Assembly (NCBI GenBank): GCA_051362555.1
Contig: CM120640.1
Coordinates: forward strand, 71,092,788 to 71,156,787
Origin: Lingula anatina
Lineage: Eukaryota > Animalia > Brachiopoda
Length of the DNA stretch: 64,000 nucleotides
Reading direction: 5' to 3'
Shown here: positions 24,988 through 36,962 of the stretch, in pieces
Position numbering within the stretch: position 1 is the first letter of the stretch
Layout: the number at the start of each line of letters is the position of its first letter
Notes under the pieces: generated by a model
The model's database searches: none
Told to the model about the DNA's origin: nothing
What the model saw: the letters and a program-made list of their open reading frames with translations, nothing else
Program-made: the position numbers and the translations under genes

Positions 24988-27900
24988 TTACAACAATATA
25001 CACTGGAATAAAAAAAAGGAAAAAATTACACAAGGAATTTTAATCAAAGAGCAAAAAGAGTAAGCATTTTCATTTTGTTTCTAGGTTGAATTGTTCCTAA
25101 CTAAAAGATATCATTTCTAGAGTGTTGTGGAATTTTTCTATGTGTACAAAACACCCATTATAAAAATGTAAGTAAAAGTCATTAAAAAAGATGGCAAGCC
25201 AACTAAGAATATGTCGGCTTTGCATAGCAAATGACCAAAAATTCTTACTTTATCATCTTTCTTCTTATGTTCCGTATCATGCCTTTCCCGGTTAGCAGCC
25301 TCAAACTGGCGTTGTAGATGGAGCTGGTTTTGTTGCATCTGCTGCTGTCTTCGGGCATCTCGCCTCTGTTGGGATGAGTCTGCACGACGGTTTTCTTCCT
25401 CTTGCAGCTGCATTGCCAGTTGAAGGCTACAACATTAACGGACAGACTTTTTTCAAATTAAGTCCACATTTAGAAGACTGAAATGTTAAAGCAAATACCA
25501 GCACCCAGATGTGTTAACAGAAACTGTAACAGAAATATCGATATATTCACTGGGAGATGTAAATATTGGTTGGGGATGGGCTCAATTTCTTTCATAAAAA
25601 TGCAAAAACTAGCACCAAAATCTGGAAGATTCTACAAAATCAATTTTTGCTCAAACTCAATGGGCAGGATCCTCTCAGATTACTAAGTTATCCATCTCTT
25701 AAAACTGACAATATGTGATTGACCTTTGTCAAGTAATGCAGATCCTAGTCCACTGAGATTAAAAAAAGATTGAGGCATCATGTTGTAAACAGTTAGGGTT
25801 CATCAACAATTTGCAACAAATGTCTCTTTGCTTCACCTTAATGCGATTGAGATATTTAGAGGAAATCAAATAGAAATTAATGTCAAATTATGGTCAATTC
25901 ACCAACTGCTAAATAAATAAATAAATAAATAAATAAAAATACACAAGTCTAAAATTGATCTTTTGACTGGTCAGCACAATTCTTGAATCATGTAAGATTC
26001 TCAAAACAAATAAAGCATCATAAAAAGAAAGCTAATAGAAGCCTCACTCAGTCTGCTCTGTAGATTCCTGTCCTGGCGACCATGTTGAGGCTGGTAGCTG
26101 ATCCGCCTGGTCTTGCTGTAGAGATAATGCCACCAGGTAACTGAAATATACAGCACAGTCTACTTCAGTCACATATAACACACCTGTGCCACGCCCATGC
26201 TGGGAGGAGGGGGGTGAGGGAGGGGGGTGGATATGTTAACTGAAATATACTTCAGTCACATATAACACACCTGTGCCACGCCCATGCTGGGAGGAGGGGG
26301 GTGAGGGAGGGGGGTGGATATGTTAACTGAAATATACTTCAGTCACAGATAACACACCTGTGCCACACCCATGCTGGGGGGGTGGGATTGGGGGGGGGTG
26401 GACGTAGAACACAGTGGACTACAGTCACACATAACACACCTATGCCACGCCCATGCTTGGGGGGGGGGGGGAGGGTGGTAGGCACCCTGAGCTTCAGAGC
26501 TAACTTGACACTAACCTTTTCACTGTAGCCTTTCTCCATCGTGTCAAGTAACCTCTGACGAAAATAGTTTGACCTAGTTTATATAAGCCAATCGAATCCG
26601 TTTCAAAATTTTTCACCAAAGTTTTGTGAAAACGCTGATTGGTTGATCGTCAATCGGCAATCCTCGGCTGATTCCGCAAGCTCCATACTAACAACATAGT
26701 TATTGTCGAGTGCGGAGACATCCGAGTAGTTCCGAGTGCATAACCGTACACAAAGAAAGCATGGAGTATATCGGAATTGAAACCAGAGCAGTTTGAGGCC
26801 CTGCATCATTATCTACTGAGGGATGATGTATTTTGCGTGCTGCCCACAGGTTACGGCAAGTCCCTGATATTCAGCCTTATTTGTGATTGGTCTGGATTTG
26901 AACAAAGCGTGCTTTGACTCGTTCGCGTTCATTGGCTAGATCGTTCAATGAGTCATTGAGTGCGGGCTTTAAATTTGATTGGCAGGCGGCGGGGGCAATC
27001 GAATGTGGTCAGAGGTTACTTGACACAATGGAGATAGGCTACAGTGAAAAGGTTAGTGTCAAGTTAGCTCTGAAGCTCAGGGTGGTGGTAGGGGATGTGC
27101 AAACAAACTGGATCATTCCCCATGCTATAAACTGAGGACCAAAAATCAGAAAACACATTTTCCAGTTATGCACTTTCTACACCACTGTGTGTCTTACTGA
27201 CTGATCATAAAATAACATTTATTCAGGGTTTAAGTTCCATCAACATTTCATTCAGAGTTACCTCCACACAGTTAATGGTCAAATTTATTTAAATGTAAGA
27301 GAGCATTTATCTTTCCTCTCTTGTCTCTATGGAGTTAACCTTAAATGCGGACATCAGATAAATAATATTTCTGATCAATAACTGTACTCTAGCGATTGCT
27401 TTTGAATGTCATTCTAATGTAATCCCTCTCTATAACTTTCTGCCATGGTAATTTAATTGACTTTACAACACCAGACCTGGCAACACATTCACAGCCAATT
27501 TACATGTTGTTCATCATCATGAAACAGAGTCACCAGTTGATCTGAACAAATGCACTCTGCTTTTAACTGATAAATCAAACGGTAAATCAAAGTCTCCCTC
27601 ACTTACTACAATTTGGAGAAACAAAACACATTGTCTGCCTTATATGTATATAGGGCAAGTCTGTACAACGGAGAAAGTTCAGCCAATTACCACTAGAATG
27701 TGTTATCTGTAATATAGTTCATCAATTTTTGTAGAAATCATCAGATCCCAAGATCTGAGCGAGATATCACTGTACAAATTATCTGGTTAATGAGTCACAG
27801 AGCTTTACACAGCTCAGGAATTCAAATCTGCTGATGACAAAGATGCATGGCAGGGTTTACTAAATGACGTCAGGGGGGAATAATGAGGAAGAGAGCCGAC

Positions 27901-28120
27901 AGGAGTTCCAAACTTACTCATGGTCCACCTGGCTTTCTGGGTTTTCTGGGGATGCCTTGACTGGCCCCTGTCCAGCTCCTTGGGTCATCTCCGCCTTCCT
28001 GTAGGTGACAAAGTTACAGTTGACAAAATGGCAGTCACCCTCAACGTTGGACAGCGTCTCCCACACCACATTGCTCTCTGTCAGGAAACCCTGGTCCGTT
28101 ACCAAAACAAACAGCTCATT
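24988..28120 (-). CDS. MINDY1: Ubiquitin carboxyl-terminal hydrolase MINDY-1/2 (FAM63), last four coding exons; upstream exons not found in the window
   Basis: Exons 28120-27918 (NELFVLVTDQGFLTESNVVWETLSNVEGD), 26140-26048 (DYLVALSLQQ, MIU1), 25426-25249 (DLQLAMQLQEEE, MIU2) and 25002-24988 (CILL*, CaaX) have compatible phases. MINDY1 versus MINDY2 orthology cannot be resolved from this fragment. Confidence 0.9.
26139..26475. repeat. About 88-bp G-rich tandem repeat (about 4 copies) abutting a MINDY acceptor
   Basis: cagtcacatataacacacctgtgccacgcccatgctggg... is repeated; aactgaaatatac occurs three times. Confidence 0.85.
26483..27084. mobile_element. Non-autonomous TIR DNA transposon carrying a RecQ-helicase fragment (AcademH-like)
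   Basis: About 75-bp TIRs (CACCCTGAGCTTCAGAGCTAACTTGACAC...); TSD GTGGTAGG at 26475-26482 and 27085-27092; 26774-26872 (+) translates to ELKPEQFEALHHYLLRDDVFCVLPTGYGKSLIF. Confidence 0.8.
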
Positions 28121-29651
28121 CTGGAAGAATTCAAATGAACATAATTTTATTCCACAAAAAGTGACATTTAAAAAAAAAAATTTAACATAGATAACAAATA
28201 ACTAGTTTGAAATGGCTCTTACAAAGAAATGTTCCTGAAGCACGGTAGATGATGAGTAATATTTCTCAAACAACATCCAAGGTATGACCGTGTCAAATAA
28301 GGACATGTACGTGTATGTCTGAAGACTTTGGTTTGAAAGCACATGTGGCCAATGACAATATGCATTGTCAAGAAAATAAGAAGAGTAAGCGAGCTCAATG
28401 GATTGTCATAATGGGAAAATCCTCAAATATCCATCCAAAACTAAACAACATCCGATTATTTCTAACTTGGATAAGGTAGACATCCAACAAAAGCCTCATA
28501 GGTATTTATCCAATCCTAGGATCTATTTACAGTCCATCAGTTATTCTGACACAAAGTGTATAAAATTGAGGATTTATCACCATTTTATTGGCACCTAGCT
28601 TATTGGTAGATTGTCTTGCCTTAATAAGTTAACAAGCTGAGACCAAATTTCCGGGAAATTTAACCTCATTGCAACGCTACTTGTAGCTTACAACTTTAGC
28701 CCTACAATAACAGCATTTATTGACAAAGAAAGGGGGGAAATAGCATAAAATGTTTGCAAAGAAACACAACAAAACACATTAAAAGGTCATGACTTCATTG
28801 TTTTTTCCTTTGCGCCATATTTTACTTGCATTTTAAATTATTCACACTTCTATGGCAAATTTTTTTCCTATTTTATGAAGAATATGACGTGACAAAATGC
28901 TTTTAAACAACTTGAGGTGCTAAGTTGGAAAAATATACATTTGAGTAGAACACAGTAGAATTGCTCTGAAGCCATAAACCACATACTAACCATTCTTGGT
29001 GGCTTCTGTGGCCATTTTAAAAATATCACAAAATCATGCTTTCCAAGAAATACATTTAAAAAAACATGACAGAAAAGTAGTTAATTTCAATGAATTACCA
29101 GACTCTAAAAAATATTAATTGTTACCATGAAAAAGCAGCAAATTCCCGTCCTTGCTTCAATTAGGAAATTGAGAAATATCATCATACAGTGCAATTGTAA
29201 GTATAACAGAGTTCAACTATAGTCTGAGTAAAAGGCAATGTAATTTTCAACTGAGGTATCTCTTTACTTAATTCCTAAGATCACAAATTTTTACAGGTCA
29301 TTTAATAATTAAATGATAGCAACATCATCATCACCACCAGTCTGAATAAACTATTCACCCAGAACCATAAAGAGTTCTGCCATAAATTCATAAAAACAAT
29401 AAAAAAATACTCATCTTTACCAACCATTGCCTGACCCGGCCAGTCTAACAAAGGTTTCTCTTACAATTGTAGCAGGCAAGAAGAGGAAGCAGTGTATAAA
29501 TGTCAACATATACCAGATATTGCATTTGCCAATCAGAAATACAGTTTTTAAAGCAAGCCAATTATTTGCAACAGAAAGAAAAAACTTAATTAGCCATAGG
29601 TAAAACCTTGCTCCTGTGACATTTCCAAAACCCCTGGCAGGATTTCATGGC

Positions 29652-29654
<3 letters not shown>

Positions 29655-29700
<46 letters not shown>
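29655..29700. repeat. Poly(A) run, about 46 nt
   Basis: Read directly. Confidence 0.9.
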
Positions 29701-29703
<3 letters not shown>

Positions 29704-32465
29704 AGGCATGCCAAAGGTGACTACTACATAACCCCTGCACACAACTTTCCAATTATCTAATATTTCACATTGCTGAGGATTTGATCCATCATAATATCTA
29801 GCATATACACATCTGGCCGAGTGTACTGACGCTGCAAACTGGTGTACTTCTGAATCTTCCTATCAAACCTTGTAAAAAAAGATTGTCTTTCCAGCTATCT
29901 GTGCTTAACAGGAAAAAGACATGGCAACCGCGCACTGAAATCACACAATTTGGCAGATCAAAGGTAATTCCATTATTTCCTTTTCATTGTGATTATAAAG
30001 CTTTTGTTCTGACTATATGCCATTTTTTCATAACTTCCATTTCTTGTAATAGTATTTTTCTTTAAAGGCATCATCTGCCTTGAAACCAAGACAACGGGCA
30101 GACTAATACAAGCTTACTGTTGTGATATTCAAAGCAGAAAATGTGATACAAAAGAAAGCTGTAAAAGAGATTACAAACTGAATATGTAAAATATAGTCAC
30201 TACTGTGGCAAACGTTGAAGCAGAAATCAGTCATTTATGAGAAAATAATAATGAGCAACTACCGTTTGTACTACTACCTATGAATCTAAACTACAATTAT
30301 CTTGAAAACGAGTCACTTTTAAAGTGTTTACTCAAACAGAATCACATTGGGATTACACTTCAAGTCATCACTCAATTCTTAACCTTTAAATTAATAATTA
30401 GGGAATATCATAGAAGAATTTAATCCCCCCCAAATAACCACCACAATTATTGAGGGAATTTTGCATTTCCTAGGTCAGATGTCAGTGAATATCTGCGGGG
30501 AATTATTGTTCTAAACTGAACACCGTACCACCACTAACACCCCCACCTGTAAATGTCATACAGCCGCCATGGCCTGACGAGGTGATGCGGAGAAAGTGAT
30601 TTATTTTTCTTATTAGCTTTTACCTCGTTTACGTCAGTACGTCAGTAGACACACCCTATTTGCGTATCATTGGACAATATCTACATAGAAGGAGGACTTA
30701 TTTTTATTTGAAACTCGGTGAAAATATCAGCAGACGACATATAAGCTGAATCTGACTCTTCAGAGTACAGTATACCTGAGAGGAAGACCAGGAGGCACAG
30801 TGTAATATTACCTGATACACCGTGATACCAACACACACTCTCTGAGGTAATTATACCATTTTTTTAATCATCATCTACGCTGTCAGAAAGTAATTAAATG
30901 GCGAAGAATTACTGTGAATTTTTTGTATATTAAAATAATAGGTAAAAATGAAAAGAAGCAATCAGTAGTGGTATTCAAGGCATGGGTTAATTTTCTCATG
31001 TTCTTATATTAAGTATCTGCTGAAGCAGTTAACTGTGTGTAGATTTGGTTCACTAACTAGGCACCAGACCCCCATACATATTTACTGTATACATGGTTTG
31101 GAGGCCTCCAATTTCTCACAGAAAATTATTCACAAGAAAGTGAGAGACTGAGTGAGAGAGTAATGTCAGCTGAAAGTAGACTGTTATACTGTTCCACCAT
31201 GGGAAAAGATTACTAACTGAAATGATGGGATAAAGGACAGGCCCAGGACATAAATATCTTCTCACTGGCGAAAAACCACACATGAAGTCTGTTAATACAA
31301 CATCTAAGACTTTAAAACAATGCATGCACCTGACACAAACACCTGACACACACAGCAGAAGACAGTTGAAGTAAAAAGCAAGTATTGGCAGTGGGCCTTT
31401 CACCTCTAAACAAATTTCTCCTGAGGTGCAAATCATCACTGCTTTGCTGTATTCAATGTAGAGAGCTTGCAGTGCACAAATACAATAATATGCTGGTAAG
31501 GGCGCAGTTGATTTGGGGTTGTTTTTCATCTTGTACATCCAACTTTGTTGATTCCCTATTAAAACCGTCAATGAAACTTGCCTGGGAAGATATCTGTGAT
31601 AAAAAAACATAACCATGTGTAGTAACAATGTTAGCGGGTGTAAATAGGCCATGAAGTAAATTGGTAGAAATGGGTTACCTGGAGTGAAGTGCTACCTTGC
31701 CAGCATGTTATGGTAGTCTATAAAGGCAAATCGCTAGTAAAGGCCATTAGCTGACATAATGTACAAGCCAGCTTTAGGCCTAACTTTACCATAGCTGCGT
31801 GTGCTTCATCATCTGACATGATAGCGATGCTAAATCTCTTCCTGATACAAATTAAGTGTTTGAATAATCACACAATCATCAGTCAATTACTTGGAATCAG
31901 TTGACCATTCTCAGGCGTACAGCATGCAGAAATGAAATCCCCAGATAAAATATTATGGCCATGCAGATAAAATATCACGACCAGATGAAATATGATGGCA
32001 AGATCCATCTCTTTTAGCACTGCAATACCTAAGTACAAAACAAGATGCTGAGAAATACTTCATCAAAGAGGTAATTATACTATAAATATTCAGTTGTGAA
32101 TTCTACATCATTATCAACAAATTGTTTTAAAAAATATGGTAGGGCTTGCATGGCAAATACGGCATATTTGAAGACAGAAACTTATATTAAAAGTGTTACC
32201 TCCCAAATTTCGCCAAGAGCACAGCTGATAAATAAGAAACATGACAGAAGTGAAAACACACTCACCTATCACTAGCTTGACTCATGAAACTTAGTCAATA
32301 TTTTTTAAAAAACTTTTTAAACAAGAATTGGCTGAATCTCTACTTTTTTTACACTTGATATGTGATGACACAGGAAACTTTTTATGTGCTGTAGAAAAAA
32401 AAAAAAAAAAACAGACATTTGAAAATGACAAAAGTGAAATATCTTCCTGGCTATCTTGTACCAAA

Positions 32466-32640
32466 GGCTGCATTTAGAACAGTGGACTAACTAGTCCGTG
32501 GGCCAAATATTGCGACCGAGTAAAAAGCTTGCTGTCTAATCTGCTAATATACACTAAATAGATTCCCCGTGGGGAAGTATTCCAGTGGGTTGGCCATATT
32601 TGACCCTCAGACTAGTTAGTCTGCTGTTCTAAATGTGGCC
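32466..32640. mobile_element. MITE, PIF/Harbinger-like
   Basis: About 45-bp TIRs ggctgcatttagaacagtggactaactagtc / gactagttagtctgctgttctaaatgtggcc, flanked on both sides by AAA. Confidence 0.65.
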
Positions 32641-34231
32641 AAAGTGTCTACAAAAACTGGTACTGTCGCATCATTGACTTGTTATAAAACAGAAGGAAGT
32701 AAAAAAAATAAAACAACATATTATTGCAGAAAGTATCAGATTCTATTTAACAGCAAATTAGCTAACTGATATCCATTTGATTCCTTTGATTAAAGATGGA
32801 TTTCAAATCTGTGAAAAAACAACCTGAAAATATTGGTGTATCAATATCTCAGTAGTGATGATAATTAAAGTAGATTTACTGAGATGCACTAAGAAAGATC
32901 TCAATAATATAAATACATGTAGCAGAGTAAGCCTTATTTTTATGATAGGTCTATACTACTGTCATTATCTAAGTTTCATTAAAGCTGAATTTCTCCAAAA
33001 TTAAAATTCTGTTTTGGAGAAATTGATTCGAGGAAAGGGAAATTTTTTTAAAAGAAAAGCAATAAATGAATCCCCACTTGGGAAGTATGACGTCAGCCGC
33101 TGGTAACTATAATAAATTTTTTAACGAATGTGTTCTAATCTACATTCTTTGCTTATTCCTAAGAAGACATTTTATCTCCAAGTCTCAACAGTATTACATT
33201 CATTACAAAACTAAATTCTGCAGAATTATTAAAAAATGCTATCAATTTGTGTTAAACTTATCAATTAGTGTGCAAAGACACATTGTATTTTTTGCATTTT
33301 TTGCCTTTATGAAAGAAATAAATGTATTAACGTAGGTAGTAATTTGCCCAAGCACTAGGTTAAGTAAATAAAAAACTCAGGTGAGACTTAAGCCCTACAC
33401 TAGTTCTCACTTTATGTTACAAAAGACAAGTTTTATAATCTGGGACCTTAGGGACCACACAATAACCACACACTTCCATAAGGGAAAATTGATACAGGAG
33501 GTGAAGACAACTAATTACCCCAATTACAGTAACATTTTCAAATTGAGTTAGCATTGCATACCACATCCACCAGAAATAATAATAAAAAATAGATAAATAA
33601 GCTGGCATTAGAAATGAAAAACACAGAGACAGCTTTAGCTAAATAAAGGAGTTATGACATAACATTTTTTTTGTAAATATCCTGATTTTACATCTACTAA
33701 AGCTATATTGCAAATTAAATGTTATTATTACCCTTCCTTCAAAACTAAGGATCTTATTTCTAATTTCTTATTTCTAATTCACCTCATTTGCATGTGAGTA
33801 ACAGTGTAATCCCCATGGCAACCATGGCGTACAATGTGATCTGGGGCTTCCCTACATGTGGGTAGTAAAACGTGTCTATCTATGAAAGTGATCTTAGTCT
33901 ACAAACCCCAGAAGAACAACCTCTGATACTGTCATTGTTTGCATATGAATAACAACATGGAATATTATCAAGTGTCCCAGACTGGATAAAGCAGTCATGT
34001 TTTTTTACCAAGATGGTTGTCAGAGAACATGGGGCGGCATTACTTATTTAAAGCCCCAGCCCAGCCTGTGCAGCATTTTGGGCCCTGGGTAAGTTCTATT
34101 TACTTATGCAGGGTTTAAACTTTTAATTCTCACATTTCCATTTCCAAATGTTATTTACCTTTGCACCAAGATCTTCTCTAAGGGAAGGGTAATCAGCACC
34201 TGCCACTGAACTCTGGCACAGACAGGTGTCC

Positions 34232-34580
34232 TGACCAGTTCACACCTGAACTCATTTTAACCGATTACAGTGTTAGAGATGACACTTACTTACCAGTTCA
34301 CACCTGAACTCATTAAAACCGATTGCAGTGTCAGAATGTCAACAACTGGCCAATTCACACCTGAACTCATTTAAACCCATTATGTAGTCAGAGATGTCAT
34401 CAACTGACCAGTTCATACCTGGACTCATTAAAACCGATTACAGAGTCAGAATGTCACCAACTGACCAATTCAAACCTGAACTCATTTAAACCGATTATGT
34501 AGTCAGAGATGTCATCAACTGACCAGTTCATACTTGAACTCATTAAAACCGATTACAGAGTCAGAGATGACACCAAATGA
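34232..34580. repeat. About 57-bp minisatellite, about 6 copies
   Basis: ccagttcacacctgaactcatt..aaccgatta..gtcagagatg recurs. Confidence 0.9.
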
Positions 34581-35727
34581 CTATTCCTCAATTCCATGTT
34601 GGGAACCAACACAGCATCTCAGGAGCGGATACAGAGAATTTTTTTCTGATAGTATTCCAAGTTATCTTTGTTGATCCATCTTCCATTTTTGATGGTCTTC
34701 CAAGAGAAAAAAAATAGATACCCGTCAATGTAAACTTTACAATCTGACCATCTTCCGGAAGACCCAGAAGATAGTCTCAATCAGCCCCTGCATCTTTTGT
34801 TATGTTTTCATGTCACCTAACCTAGATGACTAGTGACATAAACTAAGACTACTTTCAGTTTAAGTTAGTGCTAAACACACAGTTGTGCTTTCAACACACA
34901 GTTAAAGGTGCAGTCACCTGGATATAAACATCTTGTCAAACAATAGGATTAGGAAGGCTGACTCCGGCAAGCTATCATTTTGAATTCTACAAATATTCAG
35001 GATAACATGCAAACACTGGTGTTCTGCTGTTTGTAATACACTAAAATAAGTCATAATTTTTGAAGACTGCATGAACATTTTGAAAAGGGAATTTGAAGAA
35101 CAAATTGTTGATTTTGACGCACGACAGAGCAAACTTGTTTTGCCTGCAATCTGAGCCTCCAGACTCCTAAATATACAGTGGCTCTCGCCTCCTCAATACT
35201 TGGAATTACAAAACCACCACCATAATAAGTAAGGTAAGATATTGTGCACTCTAATCTAAAACAGGTTCACCTGCACAGGGTTAAAGATATTTCTCACGTT
35301 GACTACAAGTCTGCTTATTAAAAAACAACACAGAGGAGATGATGGAGTATCACTTTCCATGCTTAATAGCTTTTACTGTACTATTAAAGAAATACTATGT
35401 ATATGATGTATAATCTATCAAATGGCCAGGAAATTAAGCATCATAACTATAACTGATAAGGTTTTCCGTTAACGTTTACACCATTGGGAATGTTTACAGA
35501 CAAAAGTAATTAATATCATTACAGTTTTGGCAAGGCAGCAGCATTCAGTGATAGATCTCGAATGCCAGACATTATCCACACAATTAGCATGCTTAAGATA
35601 ATGAAGAATGTATAATTATCTTCATTGTTTTAAAATAAAACCTACAAGGCCTGAACCATGAACACCAGAAGTATCCAAAATATCTTCCTGTTCTAATTGG
35701 ACCTAACAAGTGATAATCTCTGACTTG

Positions 35728-36962
35728 AAGGTTCAATATATTAAACCGGTGGACAACAGTATTCATAGCCAGACTATTAAACCGGTGGACAACAGTATCC
35801 ATAGCCAGACTATTAAACTGGTAGAAGTTCAGTATAATAAACCAGTGGACAAAAGTATCCATAGCCAGACTTTTAAGTTCAGTATATTAAACCAGTGGAC
35901 AACAGTATCCATAGCCAGACTATTAAACTGGTAGAAGTTCAGTATAATAAACCAGTGGACAAAAGTATCCATAGCCAGACTTTTAAGTTCAGTATATTAA
36001 ACCAGTGGACAACAGTATCCATAGCCAGACTTTAAAGTTCAGTATAATAAACCAGTGGACAACAGTATCCATAGCCAGACTTTAAAGTTCAGTATAATAA
36101 ACCAGTGCACAACAGTATCCATAGCCAGACTTTTAAGTTCAGTATATTAAACCAGTGGACAACAGTATCCATAGCCAGACTTTAAAGTTCAGTATAATAA
36201 ACCAGTGGACAACAGTATCCATAGCCAGACTTTAAAGTTCATGATATTAAACCAGTGGACAACAGTATCCATAGCCAGACTTTAAAGTTCAGGATATTAA
36301 ACCAGGGAACAACAGTATCCATAGCCGGACTTTAAAGTTCAGGATATTAAACCAGTGGACAGCAGCATCCATAGCCAGACTTTAAAGTTCAGGATATTAA
36401 ACCAGTGAACAACAGTATCCATAGCCAGACTTTAAAGTTCAGGATATTAAACCAGTGGACAACAGTATCCATAGCCAGACTTTAAAGTTCAGTATAATAA
36501 ACCAGTGGACAACAGTAACCATAGCCAGACTTTAAAGTTCATGATATTAAACCAGTGGACAGCAGTATCCACAGCCAGATTTTAAAGTTCAGGATATTAA
36601 ACCAGTGGACAACAGTATCCATAGCCAGACTTTAAAGTTCAGGATATTAAACCAGGGAACAACAGTATCCATAGCCAGGCTTTAAAGTTCAGTATATTAA
36701 ACCAGTGGACAACAGTATCCATAGCCAGGCTTTAAAGTTCAGTATATTAAACCAGTGGACAACAGTATCCATAGCCAGATTTTAAAGTTCAGTATAATAA
36801 ACCAGTGAACAACAGTATCCATAGCCAGACTTTAAAGTTCAGTATAATAAACCAGTGAACAACAGTATCCATAGCCAGGCTTTAAAGTTCAGTATAATAA
36901 ACCAGTGGACAACAGTTTCCATAGCCAGACTTTAAAGTTCAGTATAATAAACCAGTAAACAG
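35728..36962. repeat. 50-bp minisatellite, about 24 copies
   Basis: Unit agtataataaaccagtggacaacagtatccatagccagactttaaagttc with point variants; irregular at the 5' end. Confidence 0.97.

Noticed and set aside
30480-30850. CRE-like ACGTCA motifs, TATA-like motif and donor as a distal promoter
   Set aside because: Such CpG/CGTCA-rich blocks are equally typical of transposon remnants; cannot be distinguished without TSS data.
31116-31652. 178-aa minus-strand ORF
   Set aside because: No recognisable motifs or splice structure; composition typical of a chance ORF.
31679-31841. Minus-strand AG/GT-bounded segment as a MINDY exon
   Set aside because: No MINDY similarity and a stop after three codons in the required phase; at most a poison exon, which I cannot support.
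35728-36962. Regular 50-bp array as a CRISPR-like or coding repeat
   Set aside because: No unique spacers, unit not a multiple of 3, stops present and eukaryotic context; an ordinary minisatellite.
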